From Gammaproteobacteria bacterium (lineage in GTDB: Bacteria; Pseudomonadota; Gammaproteobacteria; Pseudomonadales; JAUIET01), in the NCBI GenBank assembly GCA_030431775.1, contig JAUIHW010000001.1, positions 70,900-134,899 of the forward strand: a stretch of 64,000 bases of DNA, given 5' to 3'. A program made the position numbers and the translations under genes. The notes under the pieces were generated by a model that worked only from the letters and a program-made list of their open reading frames with translations, was not told where the DNA came from and did not search any database. This document shows positions 7,897 through 18,612 of the stretch, piece by piece (position 1 is the first letter of the stretch; each line of letters begins with the position of its first letter).

Positions 7897-9378
7897 TTGA
7901 GCGTGGCGACAGACAATTCCTGCCGAGTAGCGGTAATTGGTGCTGGCCCCGGCGGTCTAGCGGCTGGGCACGAATTGCTTGCTCAGGGCTTTAGCAACTT
8001 CACGATTTTTGAGAAAGCCAGCGCGGTTGGTGGCACCTGGCACTTGCACACTTACCCAGGCCTGGCCTGCGATGTGTGGGCACATTACTACACGTTTTCT
8101 TACCGCCCCAACCCGGACTGGAGCGCCAACTTTGCCGAGCAGGCTGAAATACAGGCCTATTTGCAACAGTGCGCGACCGAGTTTGGACTGGACCCGCATA
8201 TTGAGCTCAACACGAAAATAGTCACTGCTAAATATCAGGATAACCAGCGCTGGCTGCTGACTACCGAAAGTGGTGAGCAGCATGAGTTTGATGCGGTGAT
8301 TAATGCCATGGGTAACCAGCACACGCCGGTCTACCCGGACGTTGAAGGTATCGACAGTTTTCAGGGAGACTATTGGCACGGGACCCGCTGGAACCACGAT
8401 GTGTCCCTGGACGGCAAACGGGCGGTTGTCGTAGGGTCGGCTGCCAGTGCCATTCAGATTGTGCCGGAAATTGCGCCGCAGCTTAAGCATTTGACGGTGT
8501 TGCAGCGCTCACCGAACTGGATCATGGCGCGCAACCGCAAGCCCTATTCTGCCTGGCTTAAAAACTGCTTTAAGCATTTCCCCTGGCTGGTTCGGATGCA
8601 TCGCTGGGCGCAGGCCAAGATGATGGGCTTTGTGCTGGATGGCGTGCGCCTTGGGCACAAACGTATGGAGCAGTTTGAAGCGCAGGCCAAAAAATTTATT
8701 GAGCAGTCCATTAGCGACCCTGAACTGCGAGCAGCGGTCACGCCGGATACACGCTACGGCTGCAAGCGCGGGCTGGTGTCGGATGATTTTTACACCACGC
8801 TCACCCGGGACAATGTGGAATTGGTGGCCGAAGGCTTGCAGGCTGTGACCCCCAGTGGAATACGCACCGCCAGCGGCCGTGAAATAGAAACAGATATCAT
8901 CATCTACTGCACCGGTTACCGAATACTGGATTACGACCGCATCAAGGTCACCGGCAGGGATGGCCAAAACCTGGCCGAGGTAATGAACGCCGCACCGCAA
9001 TCCTATAAGGGTATTGTTGCTCCGGGCTTCCCGAATTACTTTTTTGCAGCAGGCCCGAATGGTCTTTGCATTAACGTGTCGTTTTTCACGGTGATCGAGC
9101 AAAATGTCAAGAGCATTGTTAAACTGTTAGTGGAAAAAGAGCAGGCCGGTATAAAAGCCATCGATGTTAAGCGGCGCTTGCATGAAGAATACAATGCGGA
9201 GCTTAAGCGGCATTTCGCGGAGTATTCCTGGGGCCACCCGAGCTGCACCAGCTATTACCGCACCGCAGACGGGTATGCGCCATTTTTATACCCGGGTGGG
9301 TTTAAGGATTATGCCCGCATGCAATCCGAGATTTCATTGCAGGATTTTGACGCTGTCACCAGGGGGGCAGTTAATTAG
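7897..9378 (+). CDS. flavin-dependent Baeyer-Villiger-type monooxygenase (FAD/NADPH)
   Basis: It has VAVIGAGPGGLAAG (FAD GxGxxG), FQGDYWHGTRW (the BVMO fingerprint FxGxxxHxxxW) and VVVGSAASAIQ (a second dinucleotide site). The track start is TTG 7897. GTG 7903 has better spacing to AGAGG and may be the real start. Confidence 0.85.
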   Translation: MSVATDNSCRVAVIGAGPGGLAAGHELLAQGFSNFTIFEKASAVGGTWHLHTYPGLACDVWAHYYTFSYRPNPDWSANFAEQAEIQAYLQQCATEFGLDPHIELNTKIVTAKYQDNQRWLLTTESGEQHEFDAVINAMGNQHTPVYPDVEGIDSFQGDYWHGTRWNHDVSLDGKRAVVVGSAASAIQIVPEIAPQLKHLTVLQRSPNWIMARNRKPYSAWLKNCFKHFPWLVRMHRWAQAKMMGFVLDGVRLGHKRMEQFEAQAKKFIEQSISDPELRAAVTPDTRYGCKRGLVSDDFYTTLTRDNVELVAEGLQAVTPSGIRTASGREIETDIIIYCTGYRILDYDRIKVTGRDGQNLAEVMNAAPQSYKGIVAPGFPNYFFAAGPNGLCINVSFFTVIEQNVKSIVKLLVEKEQAGIKAIDVKRRLHEEYNAELKRHFAEYSWGHPSCTSYYRTADGYAPFLYPGGFKDYARMQSEISLQDFDAVTRGAVN

Positions 9379-11441
9379 TCGGTTATCTCTCCGGTTCCGC
9401 CTGCTCGTTCGAACCACGCCAGGATGTGTGCGACCTTGCTCACCAATTGACTGGGCCGTCTGGCAATAAAGTGGGATGCTCCCGGCATTTCAATAAGCAT
9501 GGTATCGATTTTGCGGAGTTTCAGTGCATGGTACAGCTGCTTGGCTTCAGACAAAGGAGTTCGCAAATCATCCGTGCCCACCATTACCATGGTGGGTGTT
9601 TGTATGTTGCCAACTAATGACACCGGAGAGAATTTCATATAGGTTTCTATGTTTTCCCAGGGTTGCCCAGGGTAACGATAATCCGCATAATTAAAATAAT
9701 TATCGGCAGTCAGCGTCTTGCTCACCCAATTCATCACGGGCTTGATCACCGCGGCTGATCGAAAACGGTTATTCTTGCCTATCATCCAGGCCGTCATGAT
9801 TCCTCCGGCACTGCCTCCGGTTACGTATAAACTGTTTTCATGTGCAATACCCTGGCGAATCAACTCATCAACGCCGTCCATAATGTCCTGGTAGTCTTCA
9901 CCCGGGTAATTGTTGAATAACAGGTTGGCGAACTCTTCGCCGTACCCTGTGCTGCCGCGTGGATTTGGGTAAAAAACTAGGTAGCCTGCCGCCGCGTACA
10001 GTTGTATTTCGGGAGAAAATCTGGGCCCGTAATTTGAAATCGGGCCGCCATGGTTCTCTACAAGTAATGGGTACTGTTTGCTGGCGTCATAGTGCGGAGG
10101 TAGCACCAGCCATCCCTGTAAATCCCGCTGATCAAAAGAGGACTGATACCAGATTTCACGGACTTCGCCCAGCCGGCGCTGCGCCAATGCGTCTTCGTTG
10201 AGCGCAGTAATAATCCGCAACCGGTCGCGCCCCGAAAGAACGGCAAGCTCCGCAGGCCGGTGGGGTGTGGAGTAAGTATAGGCGATAGCATTATTGCGGG
10301 ACACGCTGAATGAACCGCCGCCATAGGGCCTGCCCATTGCTTCACCTCCGAGGCTGTCGGCTACATGCTTGTTAGCCCCCCGAAGGCCCGCGTAGCCAAT
10401 TTTGGTGTCTCCGTGTTCATCGTACTGATAATAGAGGCCGCTGCTGTCGGCGGCCCAGGCAATTGCATCGATGCTGCGATCAAAATCGCTCAACAGTTCG
10501 CGCTTTGCTGAGCCATCTGTTCTCATTAACTGCAATTTGTTCAACTGGTAAGCCTGCACACGATCAGTAAAACCGAGGTAAGCGATATACTTTCCGTCTG
10601 GTGATGCGACCGGGGCATAATCTGGACCGTTGCGCTCAGTCAGTGCGGCTATTTCGCCGGTATTGATGTTTGCCCGATAGATTTCCGAGTTTTTGAAAGC
10701 GTGTTCCCAGTCCGAGTTGCGATTGCCGGAGAAAAAAATCTGCTGGCCATCTGCAGACCACGCCAACTCAGCGGCGTGGCGAAACGCGCCATGTGTGATT
10801 TGACGCGGTGTGCCACCGATGGAATCCAGTACATAAACCTGCAGATAGCCGGGTTGCAGGCGACCTTCTCCGTCGGCTTCATACTTTAACTGCGTCGTAA
10901 TTCGTGGTGGCTCCGCCCATTCGGCCCCGTCCGGCTTTTGTGGAGGCTTGACCAGAACGACCGGTTCCTCAGGGGCAAGCATCGTGAACGCAATACGCTG
11001 ACCGTCCGGTGACCAGACCATTGGCCCGGGCTGTTGCGACAGACGGGTCAGGCGGCTGCTTTTTCCATGCTGTAGCCAGTGGACATGAATGTTTGTGCCA
11101 TGTTCGGTCGCAGCGATGTAGGCTACGCGCGTCCCATCCGGCGACCAGACCGGCTGACTCTCCTGAACATCATTGCCGGTCAGGGGACGGTGTCCGCTGC
11201 CGTCACTGTTTATCAACCATAAGCGGGACTGGCGCTTATCACTCATCCGGTCCATGCTTTTCCGGGTGTAGACGACCTGGCGGCCGTCTGGTGAGATCAT
11301 CGGTTGTGAAACCCATTCCAGATTAAATACGTCGTCACTGCTGAACACCGCCTGCTGTGCCACAGCGAGTAGGGGTATGCTTTGGCCCCAGAGCAGCATC
11401 GCGACGGCAACAATAATTTTACGCAGGTTTTTCTTCCCCAC
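9375..11441 (-). CDS. S9 family serine peptidase (prolyl oligopeptidase/acylaminoacyl-peptidase type) with N-terminal beta-propeller
   Basis: It has a signal peptide, TolB-like repeats (SPDG.. W.PDG..), the catalytic block YVTGGSAGGIMTAW, and a C-terminal GTDDLRTP...H. Confidence 0.9.
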   Translation of the reverse strand: MGKKNLRKIIVAVAMLLWGQSIPLLAVAQQAVFSSDDVFNLEWVSQPMISPDGRQVVYTRKSMDRMSDKRQSRLWLINSDGSGHRPLTGNDVQESQPVWSPDGTRVAYIAATEHGTNIHVHWLQHGKSSRLTRLSQQPGPMVWSPDGQRIAFTMLAPEEPVVLVKPPQKPDGAEWAEPPRITTQLKYEADGEGRLQPGYLQVYVLDSIGGTPRQITHGAFRHAAELAWSADGQQIFFSGNRNSDWEHAFKNSEIYRANINTGEIAALTERNGPDYAPVASPDGKYIAYLGFTDRVQAYQLNKLQLMRTDGSAKRELLSDFDRSIDAIAWAADSSGLYYQYDEHGDTKIGYAGLRGANKHVADSLGGEAMGRPYGGGSFSVSRNNAIAYTYSTPHRPAELAVLSGRDRLRIITALNEDALAQRRLGEVREIWYQSSFDQRDLQGWLVLPPHYDASKQYPLLVENHGGPISNYGPRFSPEIQLYAAAGYLVFYPNPRGSTGYGEEFANLLFNNYPGEDYQDIMDGVDELIRQGIAHENSLYVTGGSAGGIMTAWMIGKNNRFRSAAVIKPVMNWVSKTLTADNYFNYADYRYPGQPWENIETYMKFSPVSLVGNIQTPTMVMVGTDDLRTPLSEAKQLYHALKLRKIDTMLIEMPGASHFIARRPSQLVSKVAHILAWFERAGGTGEITD

Positions 11442-11471
11442 TGTTTTCTCCAGACCTAAATTACATTGACC

Positions 11472-12530
11472 CTAACGAAGCGCTGCCATCAGCGGTGCGA
11501 TCATGGCCGCGCCGTGGTTGGGGAAATCGGCAAAATTGCTGTCCACTTTCATCATGGCCATCATTTTCTTTTCAAGAATCACGGCGTAACGCCACATCAC
11601 GAACAGTTCGTACCAGGCGGTATGGTCTATGGGCAGGCCGGTCAGTTCATGCCACTCGCGGTAAGCGTCGGCAAATTCCGGTAAACCGCCCATTTTTTCG
11701 GTGCCCAGGCCCACCGAGTTGGCGTGGTCAATCCAGAAGTACCAGGTCAGGTCGCTCAGTGGGTCAGCGATATTGGCAAGCTCCCAGTCCACCACGGCAA
11801 CCGGCGCAAGGTCGCGAAAAATCATATTGCCCGGGCGCGAATCCCCCCAACACAAGCGGCGCGGGCCGTCTGTGGGTACGGTGGATTGCAGTAACTTCCA
11901 GCACTCATCGATGATCGGATCGGCGCTGTCGCGAATCCCGAGTTCGCGCAGGCGCTGGTATTTGCGCATTTCTTCAGCAACGGGCGGCTCGCTGGCGGCG
12001 GCCTGTGGAATGCTGGGCAGGTCGTAGTGGTCGATCGGAATCTGATGAATTTTGGCCAGGGTATGCAATCCGTTTTGCCATAAGGTGGCGCGTTGCTGGT
12101 CATCCAGCTCGGTAATCCAGCTGCCGAAGGCCATGGGCGGCTGGTCCGGCGGAATTTGCCCATCGACGAAATTCATCACGTAGAAGTCGCTACCGATCAG
12201 GGCCTTATCCGGTTCGTACCCCACCAGGCCCGGCACCGGCACATCATGCTTGGTCATAATTTGCATCAGCTGGTATTGCAGGTACAGGTCGTGACTCTCA
12301 AAAACCTCGCTGGTTTTAGGCACCATGCGCAACACCATTTTGTCCCGCTCGGTTCCGCCATCCGCTGTTAGGGTCGTATCAAAAATCAGCGTAACACTGC
12401 TTTCTCCGCTGGCTTCAGGGAAGTTCAGCTCACCAATAGTGAATTCATTGCCCTTGCCCAGCTTGTCACGTAGCCACTCCTGCAATTGCTCGCGAATCTG
12501 GCCCAGATCACCAACGTCTTGTTTGGCCAT
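11472..12530 (-). CDS. phosphotransferase (APH/choline-kinase-like) family protein
   Basis: It has the catalytic-loop-like LCWGDSRPGNMIF and VVDWELA. The start lies 1 nt after the sulfotransferase stop. Confidence 0.8.
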   Translation of the reverse strand: MAKQDVGDLGQIREQLQEWLRDKLGKGNEFTIGELNFPEASGESSVTLIFDTTLTADGGTERDKMVLRMVPKTSEVFESHDLYLQYQLMQIMTKHDVPVPGLVGYEPDKALIGSDFYVMNFVDGQIPPDQPPMAFGSWITELDDQQRATLWQNGLHTLAKIHQIPIDHYDLPSIPQAAASEPPVAEEMRKYQRLRELGIRDSADPIIDECWKLLQSTVPTDGPRRLCWGDSRPGNMIFRDLAPVAVVDWELANIADPLSDLTWYFWIDHANSVGLGTEKMGGLPEFADAYREWHELTGLPIDHTAWYELFVMWRYAVILEKKMMAMMKVDSNFADFPNHGAAMIAPLMAALR

Positions 12531-12531
12531 A

Positions 12532-13785
12532 TTAAGTCTCCCCTAGAAATCGATCGGTGTAAAAACGAAAACGTTCGCGCAAGGCGCCCATGTCGGCGCC
12601 GAATTGTCCGGCCAGGTCAAACTCTACCCGGCCGTAAGCGCCTTCTTTTTCTTTCACAAAGCCGTGTAAAGCATTGTGCGCGGTGTCGGTCATCGGTAGT
12701 TTTGCCTTGTGGTAAATTTTTTCCACCCAGGCCACATCATCAACAATGAACTGTTTAAACGGCACATCAATCGCTTGTGCTTCGGGCAGTGCATCACGGT
12801 CTTGCACACAGGCGCGCAGCAGGTGTTCGATACGATCGGCCCAGTAGTCCAGCAATTCCTGCATCAGCACCCGTTTGCGGCTTATGCGCTGGCCATAGGC
12901 CTGCATCGTAACCGTGGATGCCAGAACATTTAAAGGGTCACGGTGGGTAACCGCAAAAGTAGCGTCCGGAAAGACTTTCTGCAGCACCGGCAATTGCTCC
13001 AGGTGCTGCGGGCATTTCAGCACCCAACGGGTGGGCCGGCTGGTATCGCGTTGCTGCCAGAGTAACAGCTTCAGCACGTCGCGCATGTATTCGTATTGTG
13101 ATGTTTGATCAGTGGCGTAGTAATGGTCGCGCCAGGCAGGTGTGTGCGCCAGCCATTCGTAATTATAGGAACCGAAATTGGGCCCCATCAATTCCAGCTC
13201 TTCGTGAATATGTTCTGGGTCCATGGGGTGCATGGCGGCAACCAGTTCAGAGGTAGCCTGCATGGCTGCCCAGGCATCCGCACAGCGCTGGTAGCGCGGG
13301 TCGGTACCGTCTTCCAGCAGGCCCTCACCTGGCCTTGGCACCGGTTCGTAGCTTTCCCACAGTGGCAGCGAGCGCAGCCGGGAATCGGCGGCCATCAGGT
13401 TCAGCAAGTGCGTGGTGCCGGACCGCGGCAGGCCCACCACAATAATCGGTTTTTCAATGTTGAGATCAAGAATTTCCGGGTGGCGCGTCCATTGGTCCTG
13501 AATCAACAGACGGCTGGTGGCGTGTTGCAGCAGTTTATTGCGCAGGCTTAAGCGACCAATCTGGGTAAGCTCTGGGTCGTTGTGCCAGGCTTCGCACAGA
13601 ATATCGAGCCGCTCGATGAAATCGTCAGGGCCCCAGTCGCTGAGGCCAACGGTCTGCTCGGCTTCGGCCATAATGCCGGCCCGGTCGATGCTGATGTTCA
13701 GCGTTTTGCCGTACTCCAGAGCCGCTTTTTGGGTGTCATTCAGCACTGGTCGGGCCAGGTCGTCGATGCGGATTTTGTCGCTCAT
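12532..13785 (-). CDS. sulfotransferase family protein (PAPS-dependent type)
   Basis: It carries the 5'-PSB loop VVGLPRSGTTHLLNLM. Track ORF 12532..13944. I prefer ATG 13783-13785 (MSDKIRIDDL), since the 53 upstream codons are not conserved-looking. The start is uncertain. Confidence 0.8.
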   Translation of the reverse strand: MSDKIRIDDLARPVLNDTQKAALEYGKTLNISIDRAGIMAEAEQTVGLSDWGPDDFIERLDILCEAWHNDPELTQIGRLSLRNKLLQHATSRLLIQDQWTRHPEILDLNIEKPIIVVGLPRSGTTHLLNLMAADSRLRSLPLWESYEPVPRPGEGLLEDGTDPRYQRCADAWAAMQATSELVAAMHPMDPEHIHEELELMGPNFGSYNYEWLAHTPAWRDHYYATDQTSQYEYMRDVLKLLLWQQRDTSRPTRWVLKCPQHLEQLPVLQKVFPDATFAVTHRDPLNVLASTVTMQAYGQRISRKRVLMQELLDYWADRIEHLLRACVQDRDALPEAQAIDVPFKQFIVDDVAWVEKIYHKAKLPMTDTAHNALHGFVKEKEGAYGRVEFDLAGQFGADMGALRERFRFYTDRFLGET

Positions 13786-14023
13786 GGCGTAGCCTTGTTT
13801 GGTCGAACTGTGGGCGGCTGGGCTGTTGTATTGTCGGCTGTTTGCCACCGGAAAGGTATTACGAATCGTTTCGAAACCCCAATGCCTTTTCTGCAAGTAG
13901 GTGGGGCTTGCCAGTTGAGCTGCCAGCTGTGGTTTAATATTCAAAACAGAGCAGGGCGATGAGCCGGGCGACCCTCATAAAAAGTATTGCGGGCCGGCTT
14001 GCCAGGTGTGTGAGTGGAGTGAT

Positions 14024-15217
14024 ATGAAAAAGTTCGCCTTCGGAGTGATTGTTGTACTGGCCTTGGGTGCCGCCTATTTGGCCGGGCGGCTGCAGGCACG
14101 CGAGGTGATAGAGGTACCACCGGCCAGTTGGGCTGAAGCCAGCCCGGCGGCCAGCGCATGGCGGCAACTAGTGGTCAGCCTGGAAGCCGCCGCTGCGAAG
14201 GTGTTTGCGGCAAGCGATAACCCACAAGATCGCCTTGATGGTTTGCAACTGCTCGCAGACCTGTTGTCGGCATCGCTGGAAATGAAGCTGTCGAAAAATA
14301 GTCCAGCTGAACCGCAGTTCACCAACTGGATGGCTGATTACCGCAAATTTCTCGGTGACAGTCCCGATGCGATCTACCACACGGCAGAAATTTCCTCCGC
14401 CTATCGTTATGAAGTTTCCGGCAATATCGGCGAGGCTGATTATCTTGGTTTCATGTTATACGGCATTGGGCTCAATGGCTGGAACAGAGCCGTGGCCAAC
14501 CTGGCGAATGATGCACTGGTCATTGACGACAATGGTGATTTCAGAATCGTCTTGAGCCAGAGTCGCCCGCAGGGGGAGGCCGATTGGCTTGGGTTGGAAG
14601 ATGATGTGCATATGCTCATGGTTCGTCAGTACTTCCATGACCGGCCCAATAGCACGCCGGCAACACTTCGCATTCGAAATCTTGACCTCGTGGAAAGCCA
14701 TAAGCGCAGCGATGAGCATATGGCGGCGGCACTGCAACAGGTGAGCGGGTTTATTAATGCCACGCTCGATGGCGCCATTGCACTGAGCGACATGATTTCC
14801 GCAGAGCCAAACAGCGCAGAGCCACCAAAGGCCTACAACCAGGATTTCGCCGGTGTTTTCTACCCGACGTTTGACAACCAATACCTGGGCACCTGGTTCC
14901 AGGTGGCTGAAGACGAAGCGTTGGTGATCGAAGGCGACGTACCGAAGGCCGCATACTGGTCGGCCTCGGTGCAAAACCGCTGGCTGCAATCGCTGGACTA
15001 TCAGCACCATCCGGTCAGTCTGAATAACAGCGCCATCACAACTGAGAATGGGCGTTATCGGATAATACTCGCACACCGGCAGCCTGAAGGAGAGAACTGG
15101 TTGTCCACGGCCGGCTACACCGAGGGACTGCTGGCTATTCGCTATCAGCAGCCGCAAAGCCAAACCAAGGCCCCCACGCTGACTCTGGTTAAGTGGGCGG
15201 AGTTGGCTAAGGAATGA
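14024..15217 (+). CDS. DUF1214 domain-containing exported protein
   Basis: ATG 14024 lies 5 nt after GGAG. It has a signal anchor (MKKFAFGVIVVLALGAAYLAG) and DUF1214-like blocks PDAIYHTAEISSAYRYEVSG..DYLGFMLYG and GDFRIVLSQSRPQGEADWLGLEDDVHMLMVRQYFHD. Confidence 0.65.
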   Translation: MKKFAFGVIVVLALGAAYLAGRLQAREVIEVPPASWAEASPAASAWRQLVVSLEAAAAKVFAASDNPQDRLDGLQLLADLLSASLEMKLSKNSPAEPQFTNWMADYRKFLGDSPDAIYHTAEISSAYRYEVSGNIGEADYLGFMLYGIGLNGWNRAVANLANDALVIDDNGDFRIVLSQSRPQGEADWLGLEDDVHMLMVRQYFHDRPNSTPATLRIRNLDLVESHKRSDEHMAAALQQVSGFINATLDGAIALSDMISAEPNSAEPPKAYNQDFAGVFYPTFDNQYLGTWFQVAEDEALVIEGDVPKAAYWSASVQNRWLQSLDYQHHPVSLNNSAITTENGRYRIILAHRQPEGENWLSTAGYTEGLLAIRYQQPQSQTKAPTLTLVKWAELAKE

Positions 15218-15435
15218 AGCAAGGCCGCACGCTAAGCTTTTGGCGAAGTGCTCGAGATCAATAGTCCTGGCAAGCCGAGCACGCGATTTAGCACGCTATT
15301 GCAAGTTTTGTTGTCGTACTAAAACAAATATTCGTCATCAGTTATCAATATCTTAAGCGCCGTCCACTCTAAAGTAGCCTTAGGTTCGTGGCGTGGATGT
15401 CTCGCCGCGCAGACATTTTGAATCGGAGGCTTCCT

Positions 15436-17178
15436 ATGAGTGCGGACACAAAGGCGCTACACGGCAAAATAACCGGTGGGCATCTGTTGGCCAAGGCGAT
15501 GGCAGACAAGGGCATCACCCGTGTGTTTTCGGTTTGCGGAGGTTTTATCAACCCGGCCTATATGGGCTGCGAGCATTTCGGGATTGAAGTGATTGGCTGC
15601 CGGAACGAATTGGAAGCTGGCTTTATGGCCGCTGCAACAGCCCGCTTGACTCGAGAGCCAGCGGTGTGCCTGGTCGAGCCCAGTGGCTTCACCAATTACA
15701 TTTCGGCGGTCGCCGAAGCCTACTACATTGGTGACCCGGTTATTTTTGTCAGTGCTTCTTCTAATTTCAATAATTTCGACAATGCAGGGTTTAAGGAAAT
15801 GCCGCAACCGGAGGTGGTTGACTGCATGACCAAATACGCAATCGAGGTGAATGACGCGCAACGCATCGGCTGGTTCTTCGACAAAGCCCATGACATCGCT
15901 ATTAATCAGCCGGCCGGCCCAGTACAGTTGACTATTCCCACAAATTTTCTCTACTCCGGCAAGGTGGAACTGGAATCGCCAGAGGGGTCTAGGGCCTTTG
16001 ATCCGCGGCGCAACAAAGTTCATAAACCAGCCCCAAACCCGGATGATCTTGCGGACGTCCTGCAACAGCTGCAGGCAGCTCGCAAACCGGTAATTATTGC
16101 TGGCCCGGGAACTTGGTTCAGTGAAGCCGAGCAAGAGTTGGAGGCTCTGGCAGAGCGCTATGACATTCCGGTTTTTATCCCGGTTACCCACGTTAAGCTC
16201 TATGACATGAGTCATAAGTGCAATGTTGGTATTGTCGACTATCACCAAAATCCTTGTTCGCGTGTGCTCTGTGACGAAGTTGATCTGGTGCTATTTCTCG
16301 GCGGCCGGCTGGACTTTCCTTTGAATTTTGGTGAAGCGCCTCTGTTCAATACCAATCTTAAAATGATTGCTGTGAATCCGACCGCGAGGGAGCTCAGCAA
16401 TAACATGCTAGTGGATACCCGCCTTTGCAGTGACATTAAAATGTTTCTACAGGCGATCTCCAAAAACATGAACGTGTTTAACGCCGAGCCGGGCTGGCTT
16501 GAAAGCATTCGGCAGCGGAGGGCTAGCGATTGTGAAGAGTTCCGTCAGGTATTGGAGGCAAGCGATGGCTTGGTGCACCCGGTTCGCCTATGCTACGACG
16601 CTCTGATGTCGCTGGGTGAGAACGATATCATGGTGGTGGATGGCGGTGATATTGCCTGCTGGTTTGAAACGGCTGTTAGCATTTGGTCGCAGCACGGACG
16701 GAAGATAAAAGGCATCTTGAGCCCCGGGCCTTGGGAGCAGATGGGCACCGGGCCCGCATATGCGACGGCCGCGAAAATGGCCTATCCAGACTCTAAGGTT
16801 CTGCTGGTCACAGGTGATGGCTCCCTTGGGCTGTCCCCCGGGGTAACCCCGTTGGAAACTTCGATAGATCACAGTGCTCCAGTGACCATAGTGGTTGCCA
16901 ACAATTCACAGTGGGGCATGATTCAGGAGCAGCAAAAAGAGATGTGGGGCGTAGTGTCGGCAACTTCGTTGCGCGATGTTGATTTTGCGGCCGTGTTCAA
17001 AGGTGGCGGTGCCTATACGGAAACGCTGCGTTCACCCGCCGAGTTGGTTCCGGCCATCCAAAGGGCGCTCAAAGAGAATAACTCAATTTCGGCCTTGCTG
17101 GATGTGAAGACACCCAGCATTAAGTCTCCTCTGACACAGGGAATGATCGAAATGCGCGTAAGAACGGCGGCCGAGTAG
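15436..17178 (+). CDS. thiamine-diphosphate-dependent enzyme (acetolactate-synthase-like superfamily; substrate unknown)
   Basis: ATG 15436 lies 6 nt after GGAGG. It has an N-terminal Pyr domain (GGHLLAKAMADKGITRVFSVCGG...E) and a ThDP-binding motif VTGDGSLGLSPG...NN. Confidence 0.85.
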   Translation: MSADTKALHGKITGGHLLAKAMADKGITRVFSVCGGFINPAYMGCEHFGIEVIGCRNELEAGFMAAATARLTREPAVCLVEPSGFTNYISAVAEAYYIGDPVIFVSASSNFNNFDNAGFKEMPQPEVVDCMTKYAIEVNDAQRIGWFFDKAHDIAINQPAGPVQLTIPTNFLYSGKVELESPEGSRAFDPRRNKVHKPAPNPDDLADVLQQLQAARKPVIIAGPGTWFSEAEQELEALAERYDIPVFIPVTHVKLYDMSHKCNVGIVDYHQNPCSRVLCDEVDLVLFLGGRLDFPLNFGEAPLFNTNLKMIAVNPTARELSNNMLVDTRLCSDIKMFLQAISKNMNVFNAEPGWLESIRQRRASDCEEFRQVLEASDGLVHPVRLCYDALMSLGENDIMVVDGGDIACWFETAVSIWSQHGRKIKGILSPGPWEQMGTGPAYATAAKMAYPDSKVLLVTGDGSLGLSPGVTPLETSIDHSAPVTIVVANNSQWGMIQEQQKEMWGVVSATSLRDVDFAAVFKGGGAYTETLRSPAELVPAIQRALKENNSISALLDVKTPSIKSPLTQGMIEMRVRTAAE

Positions 17179-17235
17179 CAGGTCGTCGATACGATCCGTC
17201 TTAATCGTTTCGGACATCCGTTGAGGTAGAACATT

Positions 17236-18594
17236 ATGACTGAACCAAAAGAAGCAAGCTTGTCGGATCACCTCTGGCGCCCGCTAACACAGCACCAGAC
17301 ATTGCGCGGCGTTGTGCCCAAGCGAATGGTAAGTGCCAAAGGGTGCCACCTTAAAGATGAGGAAGGGCGGCAATATCTGGATGCCATTGCCGGCTTATGG
17401 TGTGTCAATATCGGTTATGGGCGGGAAGAGCTTGCTGACGTGGCACGCCAACAAATGAAAGATCTGAATTTCTTGGCACCGATGTTCACCAATGGACCGG
17501 TTGTAGATTTTGCCGAAAAATTGCAGAAGTTGCTGGGTTTCGATTGCCACGTGTATTTTTCATCCAGTGGCTCTGAGGCAAACGAAACGGCCTTCAAAAT
17601 TGCTCGCCAGTATCACCTTCAGTCTGGGGCGCATGGGGAACGGCGGTTTAAAATCATTTCTCGCTACCGGGCGTACCATGGCAACACCATGGGCTCCATG
17701 GCGGCAACCGGTCAGGCGGAGCGCAAAATCGGTTACGAACCTGGTCCGGCGGGTTTCATCCATGTCATGCCACCGTATCCGTACCGCGCACACCCTAAGC
17801 TGACGCTTGAAGACCATGGAGAAGAGTGCGCTCGTCTTCTGGAGGAAACCATCATCCATGAAGGGGCGGAAACAGTGGCCGCCTTTATTATGGAGCCGCT
17901 GCTCTCTGGCGGCGGAGTTCTGGTACCTCCTGATAACTATATACCGCTGGTACGAGAGATTTGCGATCGTTACGGTGTGCTTTTGATCTTCGACGAGGTG
18001 GTATCCGGCTTTGGCCGTCTTGGCACCATGTTTGGCTATGAGCATTGGCGAACTGAGGCAGATATCTATACCTTTGCGAAAGGTCTGGCCAGCGGTTACC
18101 TGCCAGTTGCTGCAACGGTCGCGAAAGAATTCGTTTTTGAAAAATTCTATGGCAGCCCGGAGAGCCAGCGTCATTTCCGCCAGGTAAATACTTACGGTGG
18201 TCACCCGGTGGCATCAGCTGTAGCGCTCAAAGCAATCCAGATCGTCGAAGATGAAGCTCTGGCCGACAATGCGGCACAAGTCGGAAATTACCTGCGTCAG
18301 CAGCTTGCAGATGCGCTTGCAGAACACCCTTATGTGGGCGAGGTTAGAGGTAAAGGGATGATCATGGGTGTAGAACTCGTGGAGGACCGCGAGAGCAAAG
18401 CGCCACTTAATGATGCCACGGTAATGAAAATCGTCAATGGCTGCGTACAAAACGGCGTAATGTTAGGGCGCAACAATAATACGATCCCAGGCCGCTGCAA
18501 TGTGCTTCTTATAGCGCCACCATTGGTTTTGACTAGAGAAGAAGCCGAGCAGATTGTGACAGTAGTTGTTGCTGCGATGAACGCGGTGTTGTAA
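17236..18594 (+). CDS. class-III (omega-) aminotransferase, PLP-dependent
   Basis: It has FSSSGSEANE, IFDEVVSGFGRLG and the PLP-lysine block TFAKGLASGYLPV. Confidence 0.9.
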   Translation: MTEPKEASLSDHLWRPLTQHQTLRGVVPKRMVSAKGCHLKDEEGRQYLDAIAGLWCVNIGYGREELADVARQQMKDLNFLAPMFTNGPVVDFAEKLQKLLGFDCHVYFSSSGSEANETAFKIARQYHLQSGAHGERRFKIISRYRAYHGNTMGSMAATGQAERKIGYEPGPAGFIHVMPPYPYRAHPKLTLEDHGEECARLLEETIIHEGAETVAAFIMEPLLSGGGVLVPPDNYIPLVREICDRYGVLLIFDEVVSGFGRLGTMFGYEHWRTEADIYTFAKGLASGYLPVAATVAKEFVFEKFYGSPESQRHFRQVNTYGGHPVASAVALKAIQIVEDEALADNAAQVGNYLRQQLADALAEHPYVGEVRGKGMIMGVELVEDRESKAPLNDATVMKIVNGCVQNGVMLGRNNNTIPGRCNVLLIAPPLVLTREEAEQIVTVVVAAMNAVL

Positions 18595-18612
18595 TTCCAA
18601 GGAGCCATAATA

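Noticed and set aside
9375-9378. Convergent BVMO and S9-peptidase genes whose stop codons overlap (TAG and TAA within TTAG).
   Set aside because: The overlap is real but is a common consequence of compact genomes. No hairpin or other signal is associated with it.
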